A DNA stretch of 35,913 nucleotides, taken from positions 1-35,913 of the forward strand of contig CAZDXK010000001.1 in assembly GCA_964509215.1 (NCBI GenBank), written 5' to 3'. The notes under the pieces were generated by a model. It searched no databases, was not told where the DNA came from, and worked only from the letters and a program-made list of their open reading frames with translations. A program made the translations under genes and the position numbers. Each line of letters starts with the position of its first letter. The first letter of the stretch is position 1. Shown in pieces: positions 24,017 through 35,382 of this stretch. Source of the stretch: an uncultured Actinomycetes bacterium. GTDB lineage: Bacteria > Actinomycetota > UBA4738 > HRBIN12.

Positions 24017-25626
24017 GCCGCCGGCGTCAGCTCATAGCCGAAGACCACGTTCGGGTAGGCGGGGTCGTCCACGAACCCCTGCACCGAATCGAGCATCGCC
24101 CGCTGGTATACCTGCGTGTACAGGGGGATCGCCGGGTCGTCCTCGTACAGCGTCTCCTGCATCCGAACGTACATCTGGCTCGCCGCATCACGATCGGTGG
24201 CCGCGACCACCGAGGCCTCGTCGATCTGCGCGTCGAGCTCCGGGTTCGAGTAGTAGGACAGATTGAAGAACGGCTCCTGCTCGGTGCGGAACAGGTTGAA
24301 GAACCACGACACCGGGTCGGGATAATCCGGCCACCAATAGAAGATGAAGATGTCCTGGCGCTCGGCGGGGTTCGCCGACTTCCCTTTGTCCCACTGCGTC
24401 TGCCATTGGTACCCGCGAACTTGCAGATCGACGTTCAGGTCGGCGAGGTTCGACTTCATGAGGGTCGCCACGGTCTCCTCGTCGGCGTCGCCCTTCAGGT
24501 AGGTGAGCTCGAGCTTGAGCGGCTGGCCGCCGGGGCCGTAGCCCGCCTCCGCGAGAAGCTCGGTGGCGAAGGCCTGGTCGTACTCGTAGCCGGAGAGGTC
24601 ATCGGAGTGGCCCCAGAGCCCCGGTGGGATGACGCCCACGAGCGGGTCGGCCGCGCCCTGGAGGGCCTGGATGATTCCGTCGTAGTCGATCCCGTACGCG
24701 ATCGCCTCGCGCACGCGGTCGTCGGCGAGCGGACCGTCACTCGTGTTCAGCAGCCCGAAAAGCGTCTGCCACGAAGGTGCGGTCGTCGTCTCGAATCCTT
24801 CCTGGCCCTCGAACGATGCCCACAGCTGCGGACTCATCCGCTGGACCATCGTGACCTCGCCGGCACGAAGCAGCTGCGCGGCGGTGGACGCTTCCGGCGT
24901 CACGCGGAACACGTAACGCTCGTAGTGGTCGCCGTCCCATCCCCCCCAGTAGTCGGGGTAAGCCTCCATCCGAAGCTCGATCTCCTCGCCGGGATTGAAC
25001 TCAGTGGCGGTGTACGGGCCGGTGCCGGCGTCGTTCCCCTCCGCGAACCACTCCCCGAGGTCGGCCCCGCCCGCGGCCTCCGTGTCGTAGATGAACGCGG
25101 AGTACGTGCCGGACGCCACCAGGTCGAGCGGCGACGGGTACGCCAACTTGAACACGAGCGTCCGCTCGTCCGGCGTCTGGATCTTCTTGACGGCCCCCCA
25201 GATGTACGCGGCACCCTGCCCGAGCTCCATCGTCCGTTCGATCGCCGCCTTCGCAGCCTCGGCGGTGAGCGCGCGTCCCGAGTGGAATGTCACGCCGTCG
25301 CGCAGCGAGAAGGTCCACGTGAGGCCGTCGGCTGAGGGCTCCCAGCTCTCCGCGAGCAGCGGCTCCACTTGCTGGGTCGCCGAGTCGTATCGCGTGAGGG
25401 TTTCGTAGAGGTTGTGCATCGCGATGACCTCGTTCGAGTACCCCGTTGCGGGGTCCCAGCCGATCATGACCTCGGAGGTCACCGAGTAGGTGAACGTCTG
25501 CGGCCCGGCCTGCCCGGACGGCTGCGGACTGGGACCCTCACCCCCCGCGCCCTCGCAGGCCACGGCAACCAGCGCCAGCACCGCCAGCGCCGCGATACAG
25601 CGTTCCCGGATCCGGATCATCGCCAT
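24013..25626 (-). CDS. family-5 ABC substrate-binding protein, copy B
   Basis: Identical to 6153..7766. Confidence 0.9.
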   Translation of the reverse strand: MAMIRIRERCIAALAVLALVAVACEGAGGEGPSPQPSGQAGPQTFTYSVTSEVMIGWDPATGYSNEVIAMHNLYETLTRYDSATQQVEPLLAESWEPSADGLTWTFSLRDGVTFHSGRALTAEAAKAAIERTMELGQGAAYIWGAVKKIQTPDERTLVFKLAYPSPLDLVASGTYSAFIYDTEAAGGADLGEWFAEGNDAGTGPYTATEFNPGEEIELRMEAYPDYWGGWDGDHYERYVFRVTPEASTAAQLLRAGEVTMVQRMSPQLWASFEGQEGFETTTAPSWQTLFGLLNTSDGPLADDRVREAIAYGIDYDGIIQALQGAADPLVGVIPPGLWGHSDDLSGYEYDQAFATELLAEAGYGPGGQPLKLELTYLKGDADEETVATLMKSNLADLNVDLQVRGYQWQTQWDKGKSANPAERQDIFIFYWWPDYPDPVSWFFNLFRTEQEPFFNLSYYSNPELDAQIDEASVVAATDRDAASQMYVRMQETLYEDDPAIPLYTQVYQRAMLDSVQGFVDDPAYPNVVFGYELTPAA

Positions 25627-25651
25627 CCCCTCCCTCGGGTTGCGCAGCGGG

Positions 25652-27241
25652 TCAGCTCCAGGTAAGCGGACCCGCCGCCTTCACTCTGATACGTATTGCA
25701 GGATCGGTCAGGTATGCAAGGGGCACTTCTTCCACCTCGACCACCGCCACGCCGGCGCGGTCGGCGCCGGCCTCCACCGCACGATCCACCGCCTCGGCCG
25801 AGGCCTCCTCGACGGCGGCCCGACGCCCTCCCGGGCCGAGGTGGAAGATGCGGTCGACCTCGCCGCTCACCGAACCGATCGCCGCGCCGATCGCGTTCGC
25901 GACGTCGTGGTGGTCCGGACGGTGGATCTCGCTCACTCCCGGCAGCCGATCGGGCACCAGGATGCTGCCGCCGCCCACCGCGACGAGCGGGCGATCGTCC
26001 CGGGAGGTCTTCACGCGGTCGACGGCGTCGGCGAGGAGCTCGTCGGCCTTCGCGATGGCAGCAAGTAGCAGTTCGCGGTGCGGCCCGGCTCCCGAGGGAT
26101 CACCGAGGTCTGCGCGTCCCGCCACCACGGCGGCATCCGTGAGCGTCGGCGTCTGGCCGCCGAACACGAGCGACTCCTCGGTGAGGCGATAGCCAACGCT
26201 GTCCGGGCCAACCCCCACTCCACCATCGGAATCTCTCACGACCGTGCCGCCGCCGAGCGCGATCGTCACGAGGTCCGGCATGCGGAAGTTCGTGCGCACG
26301 CCGCCGATCTCCACACCGAGCGAAGACTCGCGCGGGAACCCGTTCACGAGCACGCCGACGTCGGTCGAGGTGCCTCCGACGTCGACCACGAGCGCGTCGC
26401 TGCGGTCCGAGAGATATGCGGCACCACGGATACTGTTCGCGGGCCCGCTGCCGATCGTGAGCACCGGATACCTGACGGCGTAGTCGAGCGCCATCAGCGT
26501 GCCGTCGTTCTGCGCGAAGAACGTCACCGGATGCAGGCCGTTGGCGGCGAGCGCTCCGGCGATCGCGTCGGCGACGTCGCGTGCCACGTCGATCAGCGCC
26601 GCGTTCAGGACCGTGGCATTCTCGCGCTCGAGGAGGCCGACGGATCCGACCTGGTGGCTCAGCGACACGGGGACGTCGCCGAGCTCCTTGCGCACGACCT
26701 CCTGCGCGGCGAGCTCGTGCTCGGCCGAGACGGGAGCGAAGACGCTCGTGATCGCGACGGCCTGCGCCCGCCCCGCGACCTGCGACAGGAACCGCGCCGC
26801 TGCCTCTGCGTCGAACGACGAAAGCTCACGGCCATCGAACTCGATCCCGCCCGCGACGATCGTCTCGCCGGCCGACACCGCCGCCCGGAGGTCGTCGGGC
26901 CAGCCGAACAATGGACGGACTGCGTGCGTCGCCGGTGCACCGAGGCGGAGCACGGCCACGCGGCGCAGGCGCCGGCGCTCGAGGATCGCGTTCGTGGCGT
27001 GGGTCGTACCGAGCATGGCGTGGGTGATGCGTGCGGGCGCCACGCCGGCGCGACCCACGACGGCCTCGACGGCCGTGGCGATGCCCGACGTGACATCGGG
27101 GGTCGTGGGGACCTTCGCCTTCGCCATGAGCCGGTCGTCGCGGTCGACAACCACCGCGTCGGTGTTCGTGCCCCCAACATCGACACCGAGCCGCAGGTCG
27201 AGCGTCGGCGCAGGGTCGACGGTCAGATCAGCCGAGTCCAT
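25652..27241 (-). CDS. hydantoinase/oxoprolinase-family protein (A-type, DUF917 partner), copy B
   Basis: Identical to 7792..9381. Confidence 0.85.
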   Translation of the reverse strand: MDSADLTVDPAPTLDLRLGVDVGGTNTDAVVVDRDDRLMAKAKVPTTPDVTSGIATAVEAVVGRAGVAPARITHAMLGTTHATNAILERRRLRRVAVLRLGAPATHAVRPLFGWPDDLRAAVSAGETIVAGGIEFDGRELSSFDAEAAARFLSQVAGRAQAVAITSVFAPVSAEHELAAQEVVRKELGDVPVSLSHQVGSVGLLERENATVLNAALIDVARDVADAIAGALAANGLHPVTFFAQNDGTLMALDYAVRYPVLTIGSGPANSIRGAAYLSDRSDALVVDVGGTSTDVGVLVNGFPRESSLGVEIGGVRTNFRMPDLVTIALGGGTVVRDSDGGVGVGPDSVGYRLTEESLVFGGQTPTLTDAAVVAGRADLGDPSGAGPHRELLLAAIAKADELLADAVDRVKTSRDDRPLVAVGGGSILVPDRLPGVSEIHRPDHHDVANAIGAAIGSVSGEVDRIFHLGPGGRRAAVEEASAEAVDRAVEAGADRAGVAVVEVEEVPLAYLTDPAIRIRVKAAGPLTWS

Positions 27242-28301
27242 GGATCTCCTCGACCGGCACGTAGTCCACGTCGTAGCCGAACGCGCGCGGGCCCGCGAGG
27301 TCCAGCCCGCGCACCGTCCGCCAGATCGGATCGCAGGGGAACGCGATCACGTGGACGCGTTGCCCGTACTTCAGCCGCTCGGTGGAGATCGCCTCGGCGC
27401 TCTCGGAATCCAGCACCGTGATGATGTCCGGCACGGTCGCGAGCAGCCGGCTGTCCTCGAGCGCGACGAGGTTCTCGTTCTGGATCTCGAGGCGAAGCGT
27501 GCGGCCGGCGTGTTCGCCGAGCCCCCCGATCGTGGCGGAGCCGCGGACGAACCCGGCGGTGGTGCGCCGCTCCACGTCGACGACCTTGCCGTTGATCAGC
27601 ACCGCAGCGCCCAACTCCTCGGTGAGCGCGGTGACCGGGTCGTGTTCCGCTTCGAGCACCACCGAGCCGATCCGGATGGCGAGGGAGAGGGACCGCCGGA
27701 CCGTGGCCGTCTTCGCCTGAGCCACGGTGAGCTGGTACTCCGACGAGGAGGCCATGCCGCCGAACTCCACCGCCGCCGCTCGCTCCATGCGCTCCATCCA
27801 CCCGCCGTCGATCGCGCGGAACACCGTGAGGTTTCCGCGCTCGTCGGTCATCACCGCCGGGTTCGGTGAGATCCCGGCCACCTCCATCGTGACCTGCGGC
27901 ACTTCGGGAAAGGCGCGTCCCATCCCGTCGGCGTCGACCACTGGGACGCCGGCGTGGGCCGCCCACACGACAGGGATCAACCCGTTCGACCCTCCGATCT
28001 CCGCGGCGAAGAACGCCACCACCGGACAGCCCCAGAGTCGCTCGACCTCCTCGCGGAGGCGAACGCCCTCCCGTCCGTTCTCGATCTTCTCGATCGAGAC
28101 GGTGGGCGCTCCGATGCCGCCGCACGGCATGAGGAGCGCGTCGTCGGGCAGGTCGTCGAGGTCCACCACGGGCACCGGCCCGTACTCCTCCACAGCCTGA
28201 AGCGCCATGAGCAGCCCGTAGTGGGTGTCGCCTCCTCCTCCGGCGCCGAGGATCGCGCACCCCCTCGCGAGGGCCGGGAGGTTCGACGAGTCAAGGCGCA
28301 C
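27228..28301 (-). CDS. DUF917-family protein, copy B
   Basis: Identical to 9368..10441. Confidence 0.8.
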   Translation of the reverse strand: MRLDSSNLPALARGCAILGAGGGGDTHYGLLMALQAVEEYGPVPVVDLDDLPDDALLMPCGGIGAPTVSIEKIENGREGVRLREEVERLWGCPVVAFFAAEIGGSNGLIPVVWAAHAGVPVVDADGMGRAFPEVPQVTMEVAGISPNPAVMTDERGNLTVFRAIDGGWMERMERAAAVEFGGMASSSEYQLTVAQAKTATVRRSLSLAIRIGSVVLEAEHDPVTALTEELGAAVLINGKVVDVERRTTAGFVRGSATIGGLGEHAGRTLRLEIQNENLVALEDSRLLATVPDIITVLDSESAEAISTERLKYGQRVHVIAFPCDPIWRTVRGLDLAGPRAFGYDVDYVPVEEIHGLG

Positions 28302-29949
28302 CGTAGACCTCGCGGGCCTCGCGCTCGGTGATGATCCCGTTGACGAGGTCTTCTGCAACGAGCTCCCGTTCACGCTCCCTCGGATCCCCGTGGCCGCCCC
28401 CGGTGCCCGTCACGAGCCGCACCAGGTCGCCGGTCCGAAGCGGCAACCTCGCGGCCTTCCCGAACCGACGCGGCGGCGAACCGTCGGCCGGCACGACCTC
28501 CACGTAGTTCACGGATCCTTCGCCGCCGCCGTCAACGCCCCAGGGTGGGAACCGATGGCGGCCGAACCCAACGGTGAGGCTGCCGTCGGTGAGGAGCCGG
28601 TACTCGCGGACCAGCCCCCGGCCGCCACGCCGGCGCCCGGCCCCGGCTCCCTCCACGATGTCGAGCCCGAATCGCTCCACGCGGATGCCGTAGCGCTGCT
28701 CGCAGACCTCTGCCGGGATCACATATGTCTCGCCGTCACCGACCGAGACGAGCCCGTGCTCTCCGTCCTTGAGGGCACTCGCGCCCCAGCCGCCAGCCTG
28801 CGGCTCGACGAGCAGCGTCGGCTCGCCCATGTCGGGATGCGTGCAGGCAACGGATGTCGCGCACACCGAGAGGAAGCTCCCGGCCGTGAGGACCTCCGGA
28901 AGCGCGGGCGCGAGCGCCTTCCACACGAGATCGGTGGCCGCCTCAGTGGCCTCGAAGTAGAGGGCGACAGGAGCCGGCCGCTCCGCCGTGAGCACCGTGC
29001 CCGGCGGGCAGACGATCTTGAACGGGCGGAACCATGCGTCGCTCGCGGCCTCGGTGGGATCGGTGATCGCCTTGAAGACCGTGCGGACTCCCGATACCAG
29101 CCCACTCCGTGTGCAGTTCACGGGCCCCTTCACCTGGGGGCTCGAGCCGGTGAAGTCGGCCACGACCCCGTCCTCGGAGATCTCGACGCGCACCCGGATC
29201 GGGATCGGTGTCGTGTCGAGACCGTCATCGTCGAGAAAGTCCTCGGCCTCCCAGACTCCGCGCGGTAGGCGGACGACCGCGGCGCGAGCCAGCTCCTCGC
29301 TCCGCCGGTGCGCCTCGGCCATCGCCTCGCGGATCGCTTCGATCCCGTGGCGGTCGCACAGTTCGAAGAAGCGACGCTCCGCGACCTCGAGGCACGCGGC
29401 GAACGCGTGGAGGTCGCCGAGTGTCTCGTCGGGGAGCCGGCAGTTCGCGGCGACGATGGCCGCGATGTCGCGAACGAGTTCGCCGCGGCGGTGGGTCTTC
29501 ACGAAGGGGAGCTGCAGGCCTTCCTGATAGATCTCGGTCGAGTCGGCCGTCCAAGAGCCCGGATCCTTGCCCCCCACCTCCGGCCAGTGGCCCTTCGCGC
29601 CGGCGAACGCGGCGAGTTCCCCATCCACGAAGATCGGCCGAACCATCGCGACGTCGGAGAGGTGTCCGCCGCCGCCCGAGTAGGGATCGTTCGTCGCAAC
29701 AACGTCGCCCGGCTCGAGGTCGGGGACCTTCACCATCGTGTCGCGCGCTACCTCGCCCAGCGGCCCGAGGAACCCGGCGATCCCGTTGCCTTGCGACACG
29801 AGCTCGCCGTCCGCGTCGGTCAGTCCGACGGCGAAGTCGAGCACCTCGTAGATCACGGGGCTCTGCGAAGTCCGCTGCAGCGACACGAACATCTCGTCGG
29901 TGACGGCCGAGAAGGCCTCGCGAAGGACGTCCATCGTGAATCGGTCCAT
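28291..29949 (-). CDS. hydantoinase B/oxoprolinase family protein (HyuB-like), copy B
   Basis: Identical to 10431..12089. Confidence 0.9.
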   Translation of the reverse strand: MDRFTMDVLREAFSAVTDEMFVSLQRTSQSPVIYEVLDFAVGLTDADGELVSQGNGIAGFLGPLGEVARDTMVKVPDLEPGDVVATNDPYSGGGGHLSDVAMVRPIFVDGELAAFAGAKGHWPEVGGKDPGSWTADSTEIYQEGLQLPFVKTHRRGELVRDIAAIVAANCRLPDETLGDLHAFAACLEVAERRFFELCDRHGIEAIREAMAEAHRRSEELARAAVVRLPRGVWEAEDFLDDDGLDTTPIPIRVRVEISEDGVVADFTGSSPQVKGPVNCTRSGLVSGVRTVFKAITDPTEAASDAWFRPFKIVCPPGTVLTAERPAPVALYFEATEAATDLVWKALAPALPEVLTAGSFLSVCATSVACTHPDMGEPTLLVEPQAGGWGASALKDGEHGLVSVGDGETYVIPAEVCEQRYGIRVERFGLDIVEGAGAGRRRGGRGLVREYRLLTDGSLTVGFGRHRFPPWGVDGGGEGSVNYVEVVPADGSPPRRFGKAARLPLRTGDLVRLVTGTGGGHGDPRERERELVAEDLVNGIITEREAREVYGAP

Positions 29950-32003
29950 CACGAAGCCTCCTCGATGACCAGGTTCCCCAGGTCGTCTACCTCGACGGTC
30001 TGTCCCGGAAGCACGAGCGTCGTCGCCGCAGGTTCCTCGACGACACACGGACCGTCGAGCCTCGTGGCCGTATCGAGCGCGCTGCGCTCCACCACCTCCG
30101 CTCTTCGGACGCCCCCGTGCTGGTCGAGATCGACGTCGCGTGGTCGGAGCGTGGGGGGCGCACCGGATCGGTGCGTCGTCCACGACAGGCGCTCTGCCGG
30201 TGCCGACACGCTCACACGAATGGCCACGATCTCCACCGGCGACGGCAAGCTGAACGCGTACGCCTCTTCGGAGGCTCGGTCGAAGTCACTCCGCAACATG
30301 TCGAGCAGCGAGGCGTCCACCGCTCCCTCGCGAAGCGGCACCTCCAGCGTGTGCTCCTGCCCGACGTAGCGAAGGTGTGCGAACCGCTGGACATGTCGCG
30401 AGCCCGCCTCGTCCTCGATCTCTGCCGCCGCCTCACGCTCCAGCAGATCGAACAGCGGAGCGAGCGTGGCGGGGCTGAGTGCACCGACGTGGGTCCGGAT
30501 GGCGTCGGCACCGAAGTCTCCGAGCAGCATGCCCAGCGCCGAGAAGTGCCCGGGCGCGGGCGGGATCACCGTTCGACGGATGCCGAGCTCTCGGGCGAGC
30601 AGCGAGGCGTGGAGCGGGCCGGCGCCGCCGTAGGCCACGAACGTGAAGTCCCGGGGGTCGAGGCCGCGACGGACGGTGACCAGCCGAAGCGCGTGCGCCA
30701 TCTGCGCGACCGCGTATCGCAGAACCCCTCGAGCCGCCTCAGAACTATCGACACCGAGTTCCCCCCCGAGCTGCCGGAGCGCCTTGGACGCCGCCTCCAT
30801 GTCGAGCTGCATCGCTCCACCTAAGAAGTACTCGGGGTCGAGGCGCCCGGCCACGAGGTTCGCGTCGGTAACGGTGGGCTCCGTCCCGCCACGGCCGTAA
30901 CAAGCCGGACCGGGTTCGGCGCCTGAGCTTGTGGGTCCGACGTGGAGCCCGCCCGCGGCGTCGATCCATGCGATCGAACCACCGCCGGCGCCGATCTCCA
31001 TCACCTCTACCACCGGCACCTGGACGGGGTACCCGGCGAAGGTCGGCGTACGTGCGATGTGGTGAGACGTGTCGATCCTCACTCGGCCGCCGCGCACCGC
31101 CGACGTCTTCGCGGTCGTGCCGCCGATGTCAAGCGACAGCACGTCGGATGTGCCGAGTCGGCGCCCCAGCTCCGCGGCCGCCGTCACGCCGGCGACGGGC
31201 CCGGACTCGAGGAGCGAGATCGGCGAGGCGAGCGCACGCTCGAACGACGAGACACCGCCGCTCGAACGCATGGCGTACAAGGGACCGATCAGGCCCGCTT
31301 GCCGAAGACGGGCGGTGAGCCCACCGAGGTAGTTGGCGACCACGGGCTTCACGTATGCGGCGAGGACGGCGGTGCTGCTGCGCTCGTACTCGCGCCACTG
31401 CGAGCTCACATGGTGAGAAGCGACGACCTCGACCTCCGGGAGGAGTTTCCCGATCAACTCCGCGGCTCGCCGTTCGTGGTCGGGGTTCGTCCACGCATGG
31501 AGGAAGCACACCGCGACCGCTTCGACTCCCGCATCGCGGAGGGCAGGAGCGAGCGCCTCGACCTCGTCCTCGTTGAGAGGCACCAGCACCTCACCTCGAT
31601 GCGTGATCCGTTCGCTTACCTCGAAGCGAAGACGACGCGGGACGAACGGGCGAGGCTTCGCGTACGAAAGGTTGTACAGGTCGGGCCGATTGGCCCGACC
31701 GATCTCGAGCACGTCGCGAAAGCCCAGGGTCGTGACGAGCGCTGTGAGCGCGCCCTTGCGCTCGGTGATCGCGTTGATGACGGCGGTGGTGCCGTGGACG
31801 AACCCGCCGACCCAGGCTGGATCGACGCCCGAATGTTTAATCGCCTCGATCACCCCTTCGTCGAGCCGGCCCGAGGTGGTCGGAACTTTCGCCAGCACGA
31901 GGCGGCCTGTGTCCCCATCGACGCCGGCGAGATCGGTGAACGTGCCGCCGATATCGACCGCGAGGCGCTGTCCGGATCTCGCGGGAGCGGTGGGCACCGA
32001 CAC
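29949..32003 (-). CDS. hydantoinase A/oxoprolinase family protein (HyuA-like), copy B
   Basis: Identical to 12089..14143. Confidence 0.9.
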   Translation of the reverse strand: MSVPTAPARSGQRLAVDIGGTFTDLAGVDGDTGRLVLAKVPTTSGRLDEGVIEAIKHSGVDPAWVGGFVHGTTAVINAITERKGALTALVTTLGFRDVLEIGRANRPDLYNLSYAKPRPFVPRRLRFEVSERITHRGEVLVPLNEDEVEALAPALRDAGVEAVAVCFLHAWTNPDHERRAAELIGKLLPEVEVVASHHVSSQWREYERSSTAVLAAYVKPVVANYLGGLTARLRQAGLIGPLYAMRSSGGVSSFERALASPISLLESGPVAGVTAAAELGRRLGTSDVLSLDIGGTTAKTSAVRGGRVRIDTSHHIARTPTFAGYPVQVPVVEVMEIGAGGGSIAWIDAAGGLHVGPTSSGAEPGPACYGRGGTEPTVTDANLVAGRLDPEYFLGGAMQLDMEAASKALRQLGGELGVDSSEAARGVLRYAVAQMAHALRLVTVRRGLDPRDFTFVAYGGAGPLHASLLARELGIRRTVIPPAPGHFSALGMLLGDFGADAIRTHVGALSPATLAPLFDLLEREAAAEIEDEAGSRHVQRFAHLRYVGQEHTLEVPLREGAVDASLLDMLRSDFDRASEEAYAFSLPSPVEIVAIRVSVSAPAERLSWTTHRSGAPPTLRPRDVDLDQHGGVRRAEVVERSALDTATRLDGPCVVEEPAATTLVLPGQTVEVDDLGNLVIEEAS

Positions 32004-32135
32004 GGCGTACTTATATCGCCCCTGAAGCGTCTCGGGCCACTCGAGGGGGATGCATGCCCGGAATCCCCTAGGGCGCAGAAGGCCAATGTACCGAAAAGGT
32101 GCTCTGGCCGAGAAGCGAGCGTCGCCTACTCTTCT

Positions 32136-32168
32136 GTCGCCGTCATCCTTCGGGATGACGGCGGCGAC
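32136..32168 (-). terminator. stem-loop downstream of the DUF1059-like gene, copy B
   Basis: Identical to 14276..14308. Confidence 0.35.
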
Positions 32169-32184
32169 CTACCACTATTCGGCG

Positions 32185-32337
32185 CTACTCCTCTTTCGTG
32201 GTGGCCATGACCGCCTCGAAGTCGAGGTCCTCGCCCTGGTGGTGCTCCGCGACATGCTGCTCCGCTTTCGTCCTCAGCTCCTCCATCGTTTCGCCTCGTA
32301 CGGTCATCCCGTCGGCGCAGTCGATCCGGTAGCCCAC
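32185..32337 (-). CDS. small DUF1059-like protein, copy B
   Basis: Identical to 14325..14477. Confidence 0.5.
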   Translation of the reverse strand: MGYRIDCADGMTVRGETMEELRTKAEQHVAEHHQGEDLDFEAVMATTKEE

Positions 32338-32899
32338 GTTCGCCTCCTTCGTCGCTCCGACGACGAGCGTACCCCTCACAGCTACGTCTCGCAGACGCCC
32401 CGCCAGGGCTGACTCGGCTCGTCGGTCCGGCCAGCTTCGCGGTGCTCCTGGGGAATCGCAATGATGCGTTCGCATCAGCTCCCCGACCCAGGAAAACGCT
32501 CCGGTGCGCGCCAGTGCGACGACGTCACTCCAGGGCGAGAGGGCCCACGATTTCATGCGACTGTCCCAGGCCATTCACATCATGCATGCTCTCGGAGGAC
32601 GAGGGACCGGGAAGAGGTGAAGAGCAACGATGTACATCGACTCCGATTGCACCGGTGCCATGAAGTACGTCCGTGTGACGGACCCGACCGACAAGCGAAC
32701 CTGGGAGGTTTGGTGCGAGCCTGGTAACGCCAGCTGGCCCTCGCAATCCGAGAGTCCGGGGATAAGAGATGGGTCGTTCAGAGCCCCGATGGCGCTAAGG
32801 AACCGATCGACATGGTCGGCTTGACGAAAAGAAGTGCTCTTGGGCAGGCTGGCCGTACTGCTTGGCGGCGAAGACGCTGCACATGAGGTTCTCGAGCTC

Positions 32900-33317
32900 T
32901 TCGAACCCCTACGACTTGATAGCGAGGGCTGCATCAGTCCCGACGCTACGACCAAGTCCCTGCCGCTGAGGGCGCGGATCGGAACCTCCAACCTCACCGA
33001 CCTCGAGCACCGACTCCGCGCCGGAGATGCTCGCCGTGGGCCGGGAGCGCGCAGCCGACGCCGGCCTCGCCAACGTCGAGTTCGTTGCCCGCGACGCCGA
33101 GGAGCTCGAGTTCGACAGCCAGAGCTTCGACGCGGGGCTCAGCCGCGCCACCTCAATGTTCCTGCCGGACGTCGCAGGCGCGTTGAGCCCAGCAGCAAGG
33201 GCAACTGCCCCAGGCGGGCTTTCATTCAGGAGTCAGGCTTCCGGCCGGTCGTGTTGCAGTTGCGGCGCGGCCCCTTCAGGAGAAGGATTCGAGCGTGGAC
33301 TCCCAGATACCAACTAG
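32900..33317 (+). pseudogene. decayed SAM-dependent methyltransferase, copy B
   Basis: Identical to 15040..15457. Confidence 0.5.
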
Positions 33318-33381
33318 CACGCATGGAGGTGTGGCCGAGCGACGCTGACGATCGACGGCGACCCAAATTGCGGAGGTGGAG

Positions 33382-33768
33382 ATGGAGCCGGTCGGACAGC
33401 TCGGGTGGATCCAGGTTGACTGCCGAGATCCCGTAGCTCTTGCCACTTTCTGGGGGGTAGTGCTCGGCCTCCAGGTCGACGACGACTACCTCGGCGATCC
33501 ACCTCACTACGTGGGGCTTGCGGCGACGAACCCCGACCACCCCCAGGTGAACTTCCAGCGGGTCGCGGAGCCGAAGACCATGAAGAGCCCACTCCATTTC
33601 GACCTACGCGTGGACGACGTCGACAAGGCGACGGCCCGGATCGAGGCGCTGGGCGGCCTGCGGCTACAGGCAGAAGACGTCCACGAGTACGGCTACAACT
33701 GGCGTGTGATGGCCGATCCTGAGGGCAACGAGTTCTGTCTGATCTACGAGATTGCCGCAGCGTCCTAG
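33382..33768 (+). CDS. VOC-family protein, copy B
   Basis: Identical to 15522..15908. Confidence 0.8.
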   Translation: MEPVGQLGWIQVDCRDPVALATFWGVVLGLQVDDDYLGDPPHYVGLAATNPDHPQVNFQRVAEPKTMKSPLHFDLRVDDVDKATARIEALGGLRLQAEDVHEYGYNWRVMADPEGNEFCLIYEIAAAS

Positions 33769-33814
33769 CCGTCCCTCGATCTACGGGAGTCAATCTGCGC
33801 CTACAGCCGATCCT

Positions 33815-33862
33815 TGGTGGGCGCTAGAGGATTTGAAACTCTGACCTCTTCCGTGTCAGGGA
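33815..33862 (-). other. tRNA-Val(GAC) 3' fragment with CCA (degenerate), copy B
   Basis: Identical to 15955..16002. Confidence 0.8.
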
Positions 33863-34152
33863 GATGGGCCGCAGGTGTCTGAGCTGCACCTTCCCAGGTG
33901 AGGGACGAAGTCGACCGTCACACGAGTACCGGAGAGTACCGTTGGGTTCGGTCGGCTCCTTGACCAGGTGTTGACCAAACCAAGCGACCCAACGCCATCC
34001 AACTAGCTGCTAGTTCGACCCTCAGAGATCACCGGGACTGGGTGGGGTGGGCCCCTCGGGCGTGGCCGTTTCGTGGGCACGGGCGATCGCCTCGTGTCGA
34101 CTGGGGGGTCGTTGTGACAACTGTCCGGTCGACTCGACAACCCCGCGGCGAG

Positions 34153-35235
34153 CTAGATACCGAGTAGACCGAGCCGCTGCGCGAGGGCCGCCGCCTCCGC
34201 CCGCCGCTCCGCCCCCAGCTTCGCCAAGATGTTCGAGACGTGGGTCCCTACGGTCTTCGGGCTGATGAAGAGCTGATCCGCGATCTGCTTGTTCGTGCGC
34301 CCGGTCGCGACAAGCTGCAGGACTTCCAGCTCGCGCGCTGACAGACCAAGCTCGTCCGGACTCACGCGCCGCGAGCGGGTCTGCGGGCTCGGAGGCAGGG
34401 TGAGGAGGAACCTGCGTACCTCGTCCACGATCGCGTCCTGGTCGCCCACCCACATCAGGTGGTCCACTCCGGGGAGCTCGACGTAGCGAGCCCCCTTGAT
34501 CCCCTCCGCCAACGCGCGTCCCTGATGCACCGGAACGACCAGATCGCCGGTCCGATGAAGTACCAGGGTCGGTACTTCGATCCTGGGCAGCACGTCACCC
34601 CAATCGATCTGGTACCCCAGCTGCATCAGCGCACGAGCCGACCCGGGGCTCAGTCCCGACCGGGTGAGCCGCAGGTACGCGGCAGTCGTTCGCTCGTCGG
34701 CCAAGAGGTTCGGCGCCCAGAACGCCGCACCGACGCCTTCGGTGCCCCACTCGTTCTCGATCCTGTCGAGCGCCTCCTCCTCCGTGTTGGCCAGTCGGGA
34801 GAGCATGCCGGTCTCGGGCTCCAGCTTCGGGAACGTTCCGTACAGGATGAGTGCCACCGAGCGCTCGGGGTACGTGGCGGCGAACAGGCCGCACATCGCG
34901 CCACCTCCGAGCGTGCCGAACAGCACCGCGCGCTCGGAGCCGGCGGCGTCCATGACGACGCGGATGTCGTCCATGCGGTCGGGAAGGCTGGGGAGCCGGT
35001 CGGGGTCGACTCGATCCGATAGGCCCGTCCCGCGCTTGTCGAACAGGATCAGGCGCGAGAAGGAAGCGAGCCGCTCCAGGAAGCGTGCGAGCGGCGGGAC
35101 CTCCCATGCCAGGTCCAGATGCGTGACCCATCCCGGCGAGAGGATCAGATCGACGGATCCCTCGCCCAGCACCTGATACGCGATGTTGAGACCGCCGCTC
35201 TTTGCATACTTCGTCCGAGGCCTCACAAGCCACAC
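34153..35235 (-). CDS. Ser-less alpha/beta-hydrolase-fold / LuxR-HTH fusion, copy B
   Basis: Identical to 16293..17375. Confidence 0.85.
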   Translation of the reverse strand: MWLVRPRTKYAKSGGLNIAYQVLGEGSVDLILSPGWVTHLDLAWEVPPLARFLERLASFSRLILFDKRGTGLSDRVDPDRLPSLPDRMDDIRVVMDAAGSERAVLFGTLGGGAMCGLFAATYPERSVALILYGTFPKLEPETGMLSRLANTEEEALDRIENEWGTEGVGAAFWAPNLLADERTTAAYLRLTRSGLSPGSARALMQLGYQIDWGDVLPRIEVPTLVLHRTGDLVVPVHQGRALAEGIKGARYVELPGVDHLMWVGDQDAIVDEVRRFLLTLPPSPQTRSRRVSPDELGLSARELEVLQLVATGRTNKQIADQLFISPKTVGTHVSNILAKLGAERRAEAAALAQRLGLLGI

Positions 35236-35382
35236 CCTATGTCGGGTGCGAGGGACCGTACTCCGTCATGTTCCCTATGCCGGAATGCGGCGTCTTCCCG
35301 ATTGCGGTGCCGCAGAGCCGGACCCACGATGGCACGTGACGCGTCGTCGTGGATCGAGACCTATCGACAAGGAGGGATGGAT